Shown here: positions 63,590 to 64,000 of the stretch, in pieces | Layout: each line of letters starts with the position of its first letter | Position numbering within the stretch: the first letter of the stretch is position 1 | NCBI GenBank assembly: GCA_038087875.1 | Contig: JAXLNO010004761.1 | Span: 62,001 to 126,000 of the forward strand | Direction of reading: 5' to 3' | Length of the DNA stretch: 64,000 bases | Source of the DNA: Malacoraja senta | Taxonomy: Eukaryota | Made by a program: the position numbers and the translations under genes | Notes under the pieces: model-generated | Told to the model about the DNA's origin: nothing | Seen by the model: only the letters and a program-made list of their open reading frames with translations | Databases searched by the model: none

Positions 63590-64000
63590 TTGCACTATTG
63601 CAGATGACACAAAGCTGGGTGGCAGTGTGACCTGTGAAGAGGATGTTAGGAGGTTGCAGGGTGACCTGGACAGGTTGAGTGAGTGGGCAGATGATTGGCA
63701 GATGCAGTATAATATAGATAAATGTGAGGTTATCCACTTTGGCGGCAAAAACAAGGGGGCAGATTATTATCTCAATGGGGTTAGGTTAGGTAAGGGGGAG
63801 GTGCAGCGAGACCTGGGTGTCCTTGTACACCAGTCACTGAAGTTGGCGTGCAGGTACAGCAGGCAGTGAAGAAAGCTAGTGGAATGTTGGCTTTCATAAC
63901 AAGAGGATTTCAGTATAGGAGTAAAGAGGTTTCTTCTGCAGTTGTATAGGTCTCTGGTGAGACCACATCTGGAGTATTGTGTGCAGTTTTGGTCTCCTAA
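63590..64000 (+). mobile_element. CR1 LINE fragment running off the window
   Basis: ADDTKLGG...RLQGDLDRLSEWAD.WQMQYN. Confidence 0.9.

Overview
Eukaryotic, repeat-dense DNA, most likely from a cartilaginous fish (skate/ray-like). This is inferred from HE1-type SINEs, shark-type CR1 LINEs and the zinc-finger gene style. There are three N-gaps. The main non-repeat content is a plus-strand, multi-exon immunoglobulin-superfamily receptor locus at 25263-45609, read by hand from splice sites. It has a signal-peptide exon, eight phase-1 Ig exons arranged as (V without Cys - C2 - V with Cys - C2 with WxC) x2, and four small cytoplasmic exons carrying TEYMCV (ITSM), IHYGSI (ITIM) and VIYAETV (imperfect ITIM). 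The domains resemble the CD4/LAG-3/G6F and teleost DICP families, but family assignment needs a database search. The locus is damaged: Ig2 has an AG>AT acceptor change and a +1 frameshift, Ig5 has an in-frame TAG, and I found no transmembrane exon. Other content: a frameshifted C2H2 zinc-finger gene on the minus strand (60813-62249), a CpG-island promoter that may be bidirectional (about 49.8-50.5 kb), a THAP-domain transposon remnant, two sequence blocks duplicated on either side of the receptor locus, many LINE and SINE copies, minisatellites, and Penelope-like repeats with minimal hammerhead-ribozyme motifs. All alignments and counts were done by eye; no searches were run.
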